This document shows positions 29,817 to 39,359 of a DNA stretch of 64,000 bases, piece by piece. Numbering within the stretch: position 1 is the stretch's first letter; each line of letters opens with the position of its first letter. The stretch lies in NCBI GenBank assembly GCA_963738195.1, contig CAVTVF010000002.1, positions 1,926,992-1,990,991 on the forward strand, in the 5' to 3' direction. The notes under the pieces were generated by a model, which ran no database searches, was not told the DNA's origin, and was given only the letters and a program-made list of their open reading frames with translations. A program made the translations under genes and the position numbers. Source of the DNA: an uncultured Solirubrobacterales bacterium (GTDB lineage: Bacteria > Actinomycetota > Thermoleophilia > Solirubrobacterales > Solirubrobacteraceae).

Positions 29817-30437
29817 ATGCGGTCAATCGACTCCGAGGAGGAGCTCCGCGCTGTTGTCGGCGAGCCCACTGAGCTCGTCTGCGCCAAGCTCGCCGACCGC
29901 ATCAACGATCTGACGAGGCAGTTCATCGAGCGCTCGCCGTTCGTGTGTGTAGCGACCTGCGATCAGGACGGCGGCATCGACGTGTCGCCCCGAGGTGACC
30001 CCGCGGGCTTCGTGAGCGTGCTCGACGAACGGACGCTGCTGCTGCCCGAGCGGCCCGGAAACCGCCTCGCCGACACGCTGAGCAACCTGCTGAGCGACCG
30101 GCGTATCGCGCTGCTGTTCCTGATTCCCGGCGTCGGTGACACGTTCCGCGTTAATGGCACGGGGGTGATTACCGACGATGAGGAGCTGCTCGCCGGGAGC
30201 GCAGTCAATGGCAAGAGGCCGCGCCTCGGCGTCGTCGTCTCCGTTCGGGAGGCATACACGCAGTGCGCCAAGGCGATCCTGCGCTCCGACCTCTGGAACC
30301 CCGCCCATCACATCGAGCGCGGTGAGCTGCCCAGTCACGGCGAGATCCTGAAGTCCGTGAGCTTGCCTGAGCTAGATGTGGCCGAGCACGAGCGCGCCAG
30401 AGCGGAGCGCTACGCGCGGCGCGAGGGGTTCTACTAG
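29817..30437 (+). CDS. PNPOx-related FMN-binding protein (MSMEG_1061-like)
   Basis: FIERSPF, DVSPRGDPAGFV, PERPGNR, LLFLIPG, QCAKAILRSDLW. Confidence 0.9.
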   Translation: MRSIDSEEELRAVVGEPTELVCAKLADRINDLTRQFIERSPFVCVATCDQDGGIDVSPRGDPAGFVSVLDERTLLLPERPGNRLADTLSNLLSDRRIALLFLIPGVGDTFRVNGTGVITDDEELLAGSAVNGKRPRLGVVVSVREAYTQCAKAILRSDLWNPAHHIERGELPSHGEILKSVSLPELDVAEHERARAERYARREGFY

Positions 30438-30502
30438 GGCGAGGCGCAGCGCTCGCGCGTGTCTCGTTTTGTGAGGGCCCAATTTCGACACGAGGAGGCG
30501 TC

Positions 30503-30874
30503 ATGCCGGACACAAATAGCCCCGCGCTGAAGGTCGCGCTCGCCTACTACGACGCGTGGACGCGTAAGGACCTGGACGAGGCGATGAGCCACATCGCGGA
30601 TGACATCGTCTGCGACGCGCCAGCCGGCGTACTTGAGGGAGCGGAGGCCTATCGGGCTTTCATGGCCCCGTTCATTCAGATTCTTGTGCGCGCTGAGATG
30701 ATCGCCGCGTTCGGTGACGAGGAAACCGCGGTCGTGGTCTACGACACCGAGACACTTCCGGTGGCGAGTGCGCCCGCAGCCGAATGCGTCAAGGTCCGTA
30801 ACGGCAAGATCCACCGGAGCAGGTTCATCTTCGATCGCGCTCCGTTCGAAGCAGCGCGTAAGGCAGGCGGCTGA
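30503..30874 (+). CDS. NTF2/SnoaL-like protein
   Basis: YYDAWTRKD...VRNGKI...FDR; GAGGAGG SD. Confidence 0.85.
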   Translation: MPDTNSPALKVALAYYDAWTRKDLDEAMSHIADDIVCDAPAGVLEGAEAYRAFMAPFIQILVRAEMIAAFGDEETAVVVYDTETLPVASAPAAECVKVRNGKIHRSRFIFDRAPFEAARKAGG

Positions 30875-31148
30875 GCCGTCGGTGCGCCGGTGTCGATCGG
30901 CTCTCACGCACCTCGGAGCGGCGGGCGGCCGCGACTGCCACGAGTCTGATCTCGGTCCCGCGCTGATCGGGCAAGCGATCGACGATGCAGCGCGGCGTGG
31001 ACTGGTGACGGCGGCGCAAGCCGATCGGGCACGCGGTCACCGGAGGCGCCAGCCGCGCGAGTGACGCAACCTGCCGCCCGAGGCACGATCACGCGCCTAA
31101 ACCCCCGAACGCCGACTTGCACAAGCCGGTGCCCTTGACGGCTCCGAT

Positions 31149-31180
31149 GAAAAGTGATATCACTATAGATACTACTTTTC
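31149..31180. promoter_or_regulatory. AT-rich palindromic operator candidate
   Basis: GAAAAGTGATATCACTATAGATACTACTTTTC: perfect inner palindrome AGTGATATCACT (31153-31164) within GAAAAGT...ACTTTTC inverted ends. Confidence 0.65.
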
Positions 31181-31205
31181 CCGAAAGAGGTTCCGAGGAG
31201 GAGCT

Positions 31206-31442
31206 ATGAACGATGCTCCGCTAGTGAGGTTTTTGACTCCATGGGAGCGCAGGCACCCGCAGCTATGCGCCCGCATACGCGCAGTTGCCGGTGTCTCGCT
31301 GCTCGTCGTCAGCGCCATTCTCATTGGCTACGACGTGTGGTGGGGAGCGCTGCTGGTGCCCGTGGCGGCACTGGCCTTCTATGCCGTCTACCGCTTCCCT
31401 CAAGCAATCCGCGCAACGGCGAATTCGACGGACAGGAAGTGA
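31206..31442 (+). CDS. Small two-TM hypothetical membrane protein
   Basis: GAGGAGGAG SD, ATG start, two hydrophobic segments. Confidence 0.7.
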   Translation: MNDAPLVRFLTPWERRHPQLCARIRAVAGVSLLVVSAILIGYDVWWGALLVPVAALAFYAVYRFPQAIRATANSTDRK

Positions 31443-31651
31443 CGGTGGCGCGGATGACTGCCGGGCGTTCTTGCGCGGCCGGTCATCGCGCGAAGCAGGC
31501 ATGGTGACGCGCGGAGAACGAGGCGGTGATCGCGCTTCCGTGCACGATCACTGGGTCCTCGCGCGCGGCAAGCAAGACGCGCGCATTGGTGCCGCCGGGT
31601 GACGTCGACCGCGCGAAATCACTTTTGAGTAGCGCTCCACGAGGAGGAGTC

Positions 31652-32569
31652 ATGAGTCAGGATGTCCAGCAATACCGCCAGCCCGAGGCGACCCCGGTGG
31701 GGCACTCGGGAACCCGCGTCGTTATCCAGGAACGCCCCGCCTGGGCGATCAGCGGTTGGATCGGCGTGCTCGTCGTCGCCGCCTGCATCGCGGCCGCGAT
31801 TCTGCTCGGCGGCAGCTCGGTCCCCGCGCTGGCCGCGGTGCCGATCGTCGTCGGGGTGGTGATCCTGACCTCGCTGATCATCGTGCAACCTGGCCATACC
31901 AAAGTCGTGCGGTTCTTCGGGAGCTACGTCGGCACCGTACGTCGTACCGGCCTGTGGTGGATCGTGCCGCTGGCTGACCGGCGGACCCTCAGCATCCGGG
32001 TCAGGAACTTCGAGACCAACCATCTCAAGGTCAACGACGCCGACGGCAACCCCGTCGAGATCGCCGCGATCGTCGTCTGGCAGGTGGCCGACACCTCGCG
32101 GGCGGCCTACGCCGTCGATGACTACATCAACTTCGTTCAGGTCCAGGCCGAGTCGGCGTTGCGTCACGTCGCGACCACCCATCCCTACGACGATCCGGCG
32201 GACGAGGGCACATCGTTGCGCGGCTCGACCGACGTCGTCGCCGGAGAGCTCGCCCAGGAGGTCGCGCAGCGGGTCGCGATCGCCGGCGTTGAGATCGTCG
32301 AGGTGCGCATCAGCCATCTCGCCTACGCGTCGGAGATCGCCCAGGCGATGCTGCGCCGCCAGCAGGCCAACGCCGTCGTCGCCGCCCGCTCGCGGATCGT
32401 CGAGGGCGCCACGGGGATGGTGGAGATGGCGCTCGCGCGGCTGGACGAGCGCGGAATCGTCGAGCTCGACGAGGAACGCAAAGCGGCGATGGTGAGCAAC
32501 CTGATGGTCGTCCTCTGCGCCGAGCAGCCGGCGTCCCCGGTCGTCAACACCGGCACGCTCTATACGTGA
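31652..32569 (+). CDS. SPFH (band 7) domain protein
   Basis: [51 protein letters not shown]; GAGGAGGAG SD before ATG 31652. Confidence 0.93.
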   Translation: MSQDVQQYRQPEATPVGHSGTRVVIQERPAWAISGWIGVLVVAACIAAAILLGGSSVPALAAVPIVVGVVILTSLIIVQPGHTKVVRFFGSYVGTVRRTGLWWIVPLADRRTLSIRVRNFETNHLKVNDADGNPVEIAAIVVWQVADTSRAAYAVDDYINFVQVQAESALRHVATTHPYDDPADEGTSLRGSTDVVAGELAQEVAQRVAIAGVEIVEVRISHLAYASEIAQAMLRRQQANAVVAARSRIVEGATGMVEMALARLDERGIVELDEERKAAMVSNLMVVLCAEQPASPVVNTGTLYT

Positions 32570-32772
32570 GCCGCCGTGAGCGCAAGCAGCTTCCGCTGCG
32601 CTTGGATCCAGCGGTGCACGACGCCCTGGCCCGGTGGGCCAATGACGAGCTTCGCAGCCTCAACGCCCAAATCGAGATGCTGCTGCGACGCGCCCTCAAC
32701 GACGCCGGCCGGATGCCCCGACAGACGGGGCCGATGCCCAGGCGCGGCCGGCCTCCCACCCGTGCCGCGTGA
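32566..32772 (+). CDS. Arc/ribbon-helix-helix DNA-binding protein
   Basis: RKQLPLRLDPAVHDALARWANDELRSLNAQIE; start overlaps the SPFH stop. Confidence 0.85.
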   Translation: MSRRERKQLPLRLDPAVHDALARWANDELRSLNAQIEMLLRRALNDAGRMPRQTGPMPRRGRPPTRAA

Positions 32773-32920
32773 AGGGCGGGCCAACGCTACCTCACGCCCG
32801 CCGCAATCGACTGCGCCGACGGAACACCTAAGCGTTTGACCAAGCCTTGTCAACACCGGAGACTGCCGCCGCCATCCTGCCACGCGGGCGCCAAGCCCCT
32901 CGCTACGGACGATCCCCGAG

Positions 32921-32994
<74 letters not shown>

Positions 32995-33102
32995 TTGCGT
33001 TGACCGCGTTCGCAGGTGCGAGCGGTCGCCGGGATGGCCATGTTATCGCCGCCCCCCAGCCCGCAGGATAGGCGAGCTCAAGGCACTGAGGGAGACCCGC
33101 CC

Positions 33103-34938
33103 TCAGCCGGTCAGCGGGCAGCCGGGAAGCGTCCGCGTGACCGACCTGTAGGCGCCGGTCGAGGTGGACTCCTCCAGGCGGACCGTGTGCCGTGCCAGGC
33201 CGGCGAGGCGTGGAACGATGAGCGGGGTCGGCAATGGCGCGCTGCGCGTTGCCGCCAGCCGCCCGTCGAGATAGATCTGGACCGACGTGATGGGCTGGCC
33301 GCCCAGCGGTGAGAGAGTGAACGCCTCGGCTGGGTTGGCGGGGCACGCATAGAGGCTGCTCACACTCCGCAGGCCGCCGCCCGCTCCGGGGGCGTGCTCG
33401 CGTGAGGTGTCGACCTTCAGATACGAATAGCTCCCCCTGTAGCCGTCATTGCTCACCATCCCGCGGCAGCCGGCCCTCAGGTTCTCGCAGTCGAACAGGT
33501 GGCCGTTGGCGAGGTGGAAGTACAGGCGGGAGCGGTAGTAGAAGGAGAACGCATTGCCGTCATGTCCCGGGTCTACCTCGGCGGAGATCGGGTCGTGCTG
33601 CCAGCGCTTCGTGAGCAGCATCTTGTCGGCGGCCGGATCGTGCTTGAGGTACTTCTCAAACCACGCAACCGTGTACCAGGTGATCATGTCGATCCCCCGC
33701 AACGACGCGCCGAAGGCCGGATTCGGAATAAAGCTGAAGTCGAGGTGTGACCCCCCCTTGACGATGATCTCGCCCGTGTCCACGTGGGCCTTGCTATAGG
33801 CGAGCGACCAGGCCGATTTCGCCTCGGGATGGGGTCTAGACGTGTTCGGCGTCGGCGGTAACCCGTAGTCGGCAGACATGCCGAGGGCGGGCTTGGTGAT
33901 CCGGACCGGCTTGCGGGCAGCTGGATCTGCCGGACATCCAGCTTCTCCTATGGTCCCGCCGCTCGATCCAGGGATCGAGCCCTCATTTGGGCCGGGTCCG
34001 CCCAGGTTGTCCCAGGCGACGATCGCCTTTACACGTCGATCCCACTGGCCGATGTAGGACACTCCCGCGGCGCCATAGGAGTGACCGGCGAGGCCGATCT
34101 CGCGCGGGTTGAGCAGCCGCCAGAACGGGTTGTAAGCGCTATCCAATCCCGCTTTCACACGCGCCTTCTGCTTGGCAGCGTGGCTCGTTCCCGTGGTGCA
34201 GCTCGGCACCGGCTTATACGGGTGGCCTGGAGTCGAGAGCAGAAAGTTGAGTGCGTCCTCGGTTCCGTCGTAGAAGGGGCGGCCGTCGGTCTGAGCCGGG
34301 ACACCCTCGAGCGTGTCCGGGGCGGCACCGAACGTATCGCTCATCCCCTGGCCCTGGGGATCAAAAGTCAGAACGACGAATCCGGCCTTGGCGAGCGCCT
34401 GAGCGGCGTACCAATAGAGCTGCTCGTCCGCCTGGACGGACCCGGGGGTGATGACGATCCCTGGGCGCTTAGCCGGTCCAGCGACCGTCGCCCAGACGTG
34501 GCCGGAAATAGTAGCCCCGTCGCGCGCCGTGAACAGGACCGGACGGACGATGCCGTAACCGTCCTTGGCCCAGTTGTACAGACGGATGTCACCGGCACAG
34601 CCATTGGCGTGGCTCCAGCACAGGTCGTCGGTGAAGAAGCGCGCGGGGTCGGCGGCCTGAGTCAGCTGACCATTGATGAAACCCTGCTCACTGTCGATCG
34701 CGAGCTGCTGCTGGTAGGCGGGTTTGTCGTAGACCCGTTGGCGCTGGAGGGTGATCGAGAAATTCTTGGCCTCGGTCACGGGGTTGAAGCCGGGCGGACG
34801 TTTTGCGGCGGCGGCCGGAACGATCCACGCCAGCAGCGCGAGCAAAACGCCCGCCGCAAGGCACATGGCCTGGGCACGTAGACCCTCCCGCACAGCCCGA
34901 GAAGATACGACCCGCGGGCCCCGCGTCGCAAGGCACAA
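33103..34938 (-). CDS. Secreted alpha/beta-hydrolase with several Cys and a small C-terminal domain; start uncertain
   Basis: Signal-like AxA segment, FDPQGQGMS, GHSYG nucleophile elbow, GSHLDFS. Confidence 0.8.
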   Translation of the reverse strand: MCLATRGPRVVSSRAVREGLRAQAMCLAAGVLLALLAWIVPAAAAKRPPGFNPVTEAKNFSITLQRQRVYDKPAYQQQLAIDSEQGFINGQLTQAADPARFFTDDLCWSHANGCAGDIRLYNWAKDGYGIVRPVLFTARDGATISGHVWATVAGPAKRPGIVITPGSVQADEQLYWYAAQALAKAGFVVLTFDPQGQGMSDTFGAAPDTLEGVPAQTDGRPFYDGTEDALNFLLSTPGHPYKPVPSCTTGTSHAAKQKARVKAGLDSAYNPFWRLLNPREIGLAGHSYGAAGVSYIGQWDRRVKAIVAWDNLGGPGPNEGSIPGSSGGTIGEAGCPADPAARKPVRITKPALGMSADYGLPPTPNTSRPHPEAKSAWSLAYSKAHVDTGEIIVKGGSHLDFSFIPNPAFGASLRGIDMITWYTVAWFEKYLKHDPAADKMLLTKRWQHDPISAEVDPGHDGNAFSFYYRSRLYFHLANGHLFDCENLRAGCRGMVSNDGYRGSYSYLKVDTSREHAPGAGGGLRSVSSLYACPANPAEAFTLSPLGGQPITSVQIYLDGRLAATRSAPLPTPLIVPRLAGLARHTVRLEESTSTGAYRSVTRTLPGCPLTG

Positions 34939-34950
34939 CGTGCTGTCCGT

Positions 34951-35817
34951 CTAAGCAGCCAGACGAGCACCGAGGCGGCGCGCCAGAGCGAGCGCCTCCT
35001 CGTGTGACTGGAAGCGCACGTGGACGCTGTAGCCACCGGCAGCCGTCGCCGTCACCTCAACCCCGCGGCCGAGCGCAGCGTCAAATGCGTCCGCGATCTG
35101 CTCAGCCGCCACCTCCTGGTCGGGGTGGAGGCGCTTGCGTGGACGCGGGACTTCAGTCCGTGAGAGATGGCGCGCGCGCAGCTCAAGCTCGCGCACCGAC
35201 CAATGTCTCGCTACCGCTTCACGGGCAAGGCGACGGCGCTCGTCGTGGTCCTGCACTTGAAGGAGCGCGCGGCCATGCCCCTCGGTCAAGTCATCGCCTT
35301 CGATCAACTCGAGTGCCTCGTCGGGCAGCTCGAGCAACCGGATGAGATTCGAGACCGAGACGCGGCTCCGCCCAACGCGCAGACCCACCTCCTCGCGCGT
35401 CAATCCGAGCTCTTCGATCAGGGCAGCGCAGCCGCGCGCCTGCTCTACGGGATTGAGATCCTCGCGGGCCATGTTCTCGATCAGCGCAAGCTCGAGCGAG
35501 GCGGCGTCCTCGTTGTGCCGGACGAGCGCCGGGATCGTCTCGCGGTCGGCCAACTGAGCAGCCCGCCAGCGACGTTCTCCCGCGATCAACTCGTAGCGGC
35601 CGGCGAGTGGGCGCACGAGCACCGGCTGCAAGACGCCACGACTGCGGATCGAATCGGCCAGCGACAGCAGCGCTTGCTCATCGAAGGCACGGCGCGGCTG
35701 CCTGGGATTCGCTCCGATCAGATCGATCGGGAGCTCGCGGAGCTCCTCGGTCTCCTCCCGCGGCGTGACGGCGAAGATGGCCGCCAAGCCGCGTCCCATC
35801 CCGCGCTCCTCAGCCAC
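34951..35817 (-). CDS. parB: Chromosome partitioning protein ParB
   Basis: GMGRGLAA, NPRQPR, GVLQP, AGERRWRAA, LIENMAREDLN, HTH, LTEGHGRAL. Confidence 0.96.
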   Translation of the reverse strand: MAEERGMGRGLAAIFAVTPREETEELRELPIDLIGANPRQPRRAFDEQALLSLADSIRSRGVLQPVLVRPLAGRYELIAGERRWRAAQLADRETIPALVRHNEDAASLELALIENMAREDLNPVEQARGCAALIEELGLTREEVGLRVGRSRVSVSNLIRLLELPDEALELIEGDDLTEGHGRALLQVQDHDERRRLAREAVARHWSVRELELRARHLSRTEVPRPRKRLHPDQEVAAEQIADAFDAALGRGVEVTATAAGGYSVHVRFQSHEEALALARRLGARLAA

Positions 35818-36568
35818 GGGCAGCGACCTCCCGCGCGAATTCGAAGTAGGCATCGCTGCCTGCGCAGCTCGGATCGTGGTAGATGACCGGCTGGCCGAAG
35901 CTAGGCGCTTCCCCGATGCGTACGTTGCGGGGGATGATCGTGTCGAAGACGAGTTCCGGAAAGTGGCCGCGCACCTCGCGTTCGACGTCCTGGGCAAGCC
36001 GCGTGCGCCCGTCGTGCATCGTCAGAAGCATCCCCGCGATCGTCAGGCGAGGGTTGAGCTCGTGCTGGATGAGCGAGACCGTGTGCAGGAGACCGGCCAA
36101 CCCCTCCAGCGCGTAATACTCGGATTGAACAGGGACGATCACACGGTCGGCAGCCGCGAGCGCGCCGACGGTCAGCGGTCCGAGCGAAGGTGGGCAGTCC
36201 AGCAGGATGAAGGGATACTGGTCCCGGATCGGCGCCAGGGCGTCCCGGAGGCGAGTTGCGGAGCCGGCAATGCGCGGCAGCTCGACCGTCGCCCCCGCGA
36301 GATCGGGGGTGGCCGGGACAAGCCAAAGGCGGTCGATCGAGGTCGGAATGATCGCCTCGGCCAGTGGCACCCCGCCCGCCAATGCGTCGTAGACGCTCGG
36401 CGAGTGGTCTTTGGCGACGCCGAGCCCGACGGTCGCGTTCGCCTGTGGATCGACGTCAACGAGCAGTGCGTCATACCCGGCGGCGGCGACACACGCGGCG
36501 AGGTTGACCGCGGTCGTCGTCTTGCCCACGCCACCCTTTTGGTTGGCGATCGCGTAGACCGTGCCCAT
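35810..36568 (-). CDS. parA: ParA/Soj ATPase
   Basis: NQKGGVGKTTT, DVDPQANAT, DCPPSLG, EYYALEG, IPRNVRIGEAPS. Confidence 0.97.
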   Translation of the reverse strand: MGTVYAIANQKGGVGKTTTAVNLAACVAAAGYDALLVDVDPQANATVGLGVAKDHSPSVYDALAGGVPLAEAIIPTSIDRLWLVPATPDLAGATVELPRIAGSATRLRDALAPIRDQYPFILLDCPPSLGPLTVGALAAADRVIVPVQSEYYALEGLAGLLHTVSLIQHELNPRLTIAGMLLTMHDGRTRLAQDVEREVRGHFPELVFDTIIPRNVRIGEAPSFGQPVIYHDPSCAGSDAYFEFAREVAARG

Positions 36569-36601
36569 TGCGGCTGGAAGCTAGCGGCGCGGCCGGTCAG
36601 A

Positions 36602-37321
36602 TCAGCGGGGCGTGGGCGGCCGCCCGAGGGGGCGCTTGCGAGCCACTCCCGAACGGCGCGGAAAACCGCGCGGTGTCTCGGCCGCCTTACGAAACACGTG
36701 CAGATGGCGAGAACGAGCGCCGGCGTAGGGGTGCACCAGCACTGGAGATAGTGGATCCATCGCGAGCTGGTGGGCTGCGGCGCCCGCGGCAGCCTCGCTT
36801 GCCTGATCGCGCTTGCCGCGCCAGACGACCAGCGCGCCGCCGACGACGAGCAGCGGGGCGGCATATTCGACGACCACCTCGAGCGAGGCGAGCGCGCGGG
36901 CGGTGATGAGGTCGAAGTGGTCGAGGCCATCGGGCCAGGCCTCGGCTCGAGCGTTGACCACAGAGGCATTGGTAAGGCCGCAAGCCGCGATCGCTCGCTT
37001 GAGGAATGCGCACTTGCGGCCGTTGCTTTCAAGTAGCGAGACTGCCGCACCCGGCTTGGCGATCGCCAGCGGCAGTCCGGGAAACCCGGCGCCCGAGCCG
37101 ATGTCGGCAAGGGTGGTGGCAGTACGGACGAGTTGGAGCTCGAGAGCCACCAACGAGTCTGCAAGGTGGTCCTCGAGAATCCGTTCGGGCTCTCGGACCG
37201 CGGTTGGCGCGGTCGGGTCATCAGCGAGCAACTCGAGCAACGCGATGAGCCGCTCGGTCGCGCCGTCCGGCAACGCGTAGCGCCCGACCAACTCGTCAAG
37301 CGAACGCTGCAGCGTCGTCAA
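36602..37321 (-). CDS. rsmG: 16S rRNA m7G527 methyltransferase
   Basis: HLADSL, DIGSGAGFPGLPL, RAE, TARAL, FPRRSG; directly upstream of parA. Confidence 0.95.
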   Translation of the reverse strand: MTTLQRSLDELVGRYALPDGATERLIALLELLADDPTAPTAVREPERILEDHLADSLVALELQLVRTATTLADIGSGAGFPGLPLAIAKPGAAVSLLESNGRKCAFLKRAIAACGLTNASVVNARAEAWPDGLDHFDLITARALASLEVVVEYAAPLLVVGGALVVWRGKRDQASEAAAGAAAHQLAMDPLSPVLVHPYAGARSRHLHVFRKAAETPRGFPRRSGVARKRPLGRPPTPR

Positions 37322-37716
37322 TCAGCTTCGCCCGATCGGCGAGGTGCGCCCGTGTGTTCGCGGCTTCGCTCGCGCTCGATGTAGGGCGCGTAGCGCTCGA
37401 GCATCGTCCGCAGGCGACCCGCCGCGTGTACGTCCAAGCCATCGTCGAGCCCCTGCTCGAGGACCGGCAGGACCTCGTGCACGAGCGCCGATCCGCGCGC
37501 CATCCACTGGAAGTACGACCGGCCGCCGTGCGTGTACGGACCATAGAGCCGGGTCGTCGGAAATCTCTCGAGCAGCCAGCGGAACAGAGCCTCGTGCCGC
37601 ACATGCATGCGCAGCGTCACGTGCGGCTGCTTACCGTCACCGCCGAAGGATCCCTCTCCGATCAGGACGCCGACCACGACGCCCCGATCGAACTCGCTCA
37701 AATCGTTCGGCGGCAT
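37318..37716 (-). CDS. Stand-alone single-motif LAGLIDADG-like protein (132 aa)
   Basis: FDRGVVVGVLIGEGSF resembles the (F/Y)LAGLIDGDGSF helix, followed by VTLRM, a helix, RLYGP and YFQW; TTGA stop/start overlap with rsmG. The ORF looks real; the family call is by motif only. Confidence 0.7.
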   Translation of the reverse strand: MPPNDLSEFDRGVVVGVLIGEGSFGGDGKQPHVTLRMHVRHEALFRWLLERFPTTRLYGPYTHGGRSYFQWMARGSALVHEVLPVLEQGLDDGLDVHAAGRLRTMLERYAPYIERERSREHTGAPRRSGEAD

Positions 37717-37722
37717 ACCGGG

Positions 37723-37766
37723 GTTTTAGCCACGAGTTGTTTCACCGTCAAGAAAAACGTGAAACA
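37723..37766 (-). promoter_or_regulatory. Putative leaderless promoter (TTGACG-N17-TAAAAC) whose -35 is flanked by parS half-sites
   Basis: TGTTTCAC (37738-37745), 13-bp spacer, GTGAAACA (37759-37766). Minus-strand TTGACG at 37746-37751, TAAAAC at 37723-37728, ATG 6 nt further on. Confidence 0.65.
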
Positions 37767-37834
37767 CCCGCGGTAGGCCGAGGCGCCGCGCGCGGGCGAA
37801 CCGCGGCTGCCTGCACCCACCGGGACCGACCGCG

Positions 37835-38341
37835 CTATTCGGCGCCCACGATCGGGGCGACGACGAGCCGCCGATCGGGCTCCTCCCCCTCGCTGTAGGT
37901 CTCGATCCCCCGGCGATCGCGCAGATGCTCGTGCACGAGCTTGCGCTCGATCGCGTTCATCGCCGAGAGCGCCACCGGGCGGCCCTGGCCGATAGCCGTC
38001 TCGACTGCTTGATCGGCAGCCGCGCGCAGTGCGGCGGCGCGGCGCCCGCGATATCCGGCGGCATCCACGACGACTGACTTCCGCGGGCTGGCCCCGGGGA
38101 AGGCGGTGCGGTAGGCGAGATGCTGGATCGCATCAATCGTGCGGCCGTGGTCGCCGACCAGCAGCTCCGCATCCTCGCCGGCGAACTCCCCCAGCAGGCA
38201 CTCGCCTTCATCGCGGACGGCCACCTCGACCGAGATCCCTGCGGCATCCGCGATCTCGTTCAGCAGCTCGCGCACGCGCTCAACAGCAGGGCTTGCGTCC
38301 GAAGCTCCGCCAGAGGTCGTCTGCGACCCGGAAACCTCCAC
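37835..38341 (-). CDS. jag: Jag/KhpB (EloR) RNA-binding protein, KH plus R3H
   Basis: LLVGDHGRTIDAIQHL, VDAAGYR, ERKLVHE, TYSEGEEPDRR; follows yidC. Confidence 0.92.
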   Translation of the reverse strand: MEVSGSQTTSGGASDASPAVERVRELLNEIADAAGISVEVAVRDEGECLLGEFAGEDAELLVGDHGRTIDAIQHLAYRTAFPGASPRKSVVVDAAGYRGRRAAALRAAADQAVETAIGQGRPVALSAMNAIERKLVHEHLRDRRGIETYSEGEEPDRRLVVAPIVGAE

Positions 38342-38342
38342 G

Positions 38343-39356
38343 CTATCGTCGCCGCCCCGAGCGCTTCTTCTTCTTTCGCGGCGGCCTGGGCGGCGGGCCG
38401 GATGGCCGCGCGCTGCCCGCGCCCACCGCCTCGCGCTCTCCGTTCGCCTTCTGCCGGCCCCGTAGCAGGCCACCGAGACCGCCGCCGGCCCCGTTGCCAT
38501 CGGCTGCAGCCTTGCCCGGCCGTTGGGAGCGCTTCGGTGGCGGCTCGGGTTTCTTGACCGGAGTCTTAGCCGCCGCTTTGCCATCCCCGCCGGCGTCGGC
38601 GGCATCTGATCCAGTCGCCGGAACCGGCGTCACCGGACCAAGGATCCGCTTGACCCCGTACTGCTGCACGACGAGCAGCGCGTTGGTCGTGATCCAGTAG
38701 ACGATCACTCCGGCGGGCAGACCGAGGATGATGAACACGAACACGAGTGGCAGGATCAGCATCATCTGGCGCTGACGCTTGTCCATGGTGGGGCTCGACA
38801 TCAAGAGGCTCGACCCCAGCTGGGTCACGACATAGAGCACGATCAGGACGATCAAGACGACGCCGGTGGCGTGGTTGGTGAGGTCGGGGATGAACAGGAA
38901 GCCGGCGCCGTGGTACGCGCCGCAAGGCTTCAGGGTCATGTTGTGCACAAGATGCCCGTTCGCGAGGTGTTGGTTTATCGACGGACAGATGTCGGCCCGC
39001 AAGTCACTCCGAAGCAAGAAGAACAGGGCGTAGAGCACGGGGATCTGCACCACGAACGGCAGGCAGGAGCTGAACGGATTGACGCCGTGCTCCTGGTAGA
39101 GCTTCATCAGCTCCTGCTGCTGTCGCTGCTTGTCCTGCTTGTATTTGGCCTGAACGCGCTTGATCTCTGGGGTTAGGCGCTGCAGCTTCTGCATCGAGTG
39201 GAACTGCTTCACCGTCAGCGGCAGCAGCACCAGTCGGATCGCGACCGTCAAGAGGATGATCGACCATCCCCAGGATCCAACAAAGCCGTGGAAGAACTTG
39301 ATCACCGCCTCGAACGCGGTGATCAGCGGCTGAAGGATGTTTGCGTCTATGAACAT
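38343..39356 (-). CDS. yidC: Membrane protein insertase YidC
   Basis: WGWSIILLT.AIR, MKLYQEHGVNP.SSCLP..VQIP, LPAGVIVYW; basic tail. Confidence 0.96.
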   Translation of the reverse strand: MFIDANILQPLITAFEAVIKFFHGFVGSWGWSIILLTVAIRLVLLPLTVKQFHSMQKLQRLTPEIKRVQAKYKQDKQRQQQELMKLYQEHGVNPFSSCLPFVVQIPVLYALFFLLRSDLRADICPSINQHLANGHLVHNMTLKPCGAYHGAGFLFIPDLTNHATGVVLIVLIVLYVVTQLGSSLLMSSPTMDKRQRQMMLILPLVFVFIILGLPAGVIVYWITTNALLVVQQYGVKRILGPVTPVPATGSDAADAGGDGKAAAKTPVKKPEPPPKRSQRPGKAAADGNGAGGGLGGLLRGRQKANGEREAVGAGSARPSGPPPRPPRKKKKRSGRRR

Positions 39357-39359
39357 TCG

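Noticed and set aside
26282-32920. Genomic island integrated at tRNA-Ile
   Set aside because: No integrase or transposase, and no duplicated tRNA 3' end seen.
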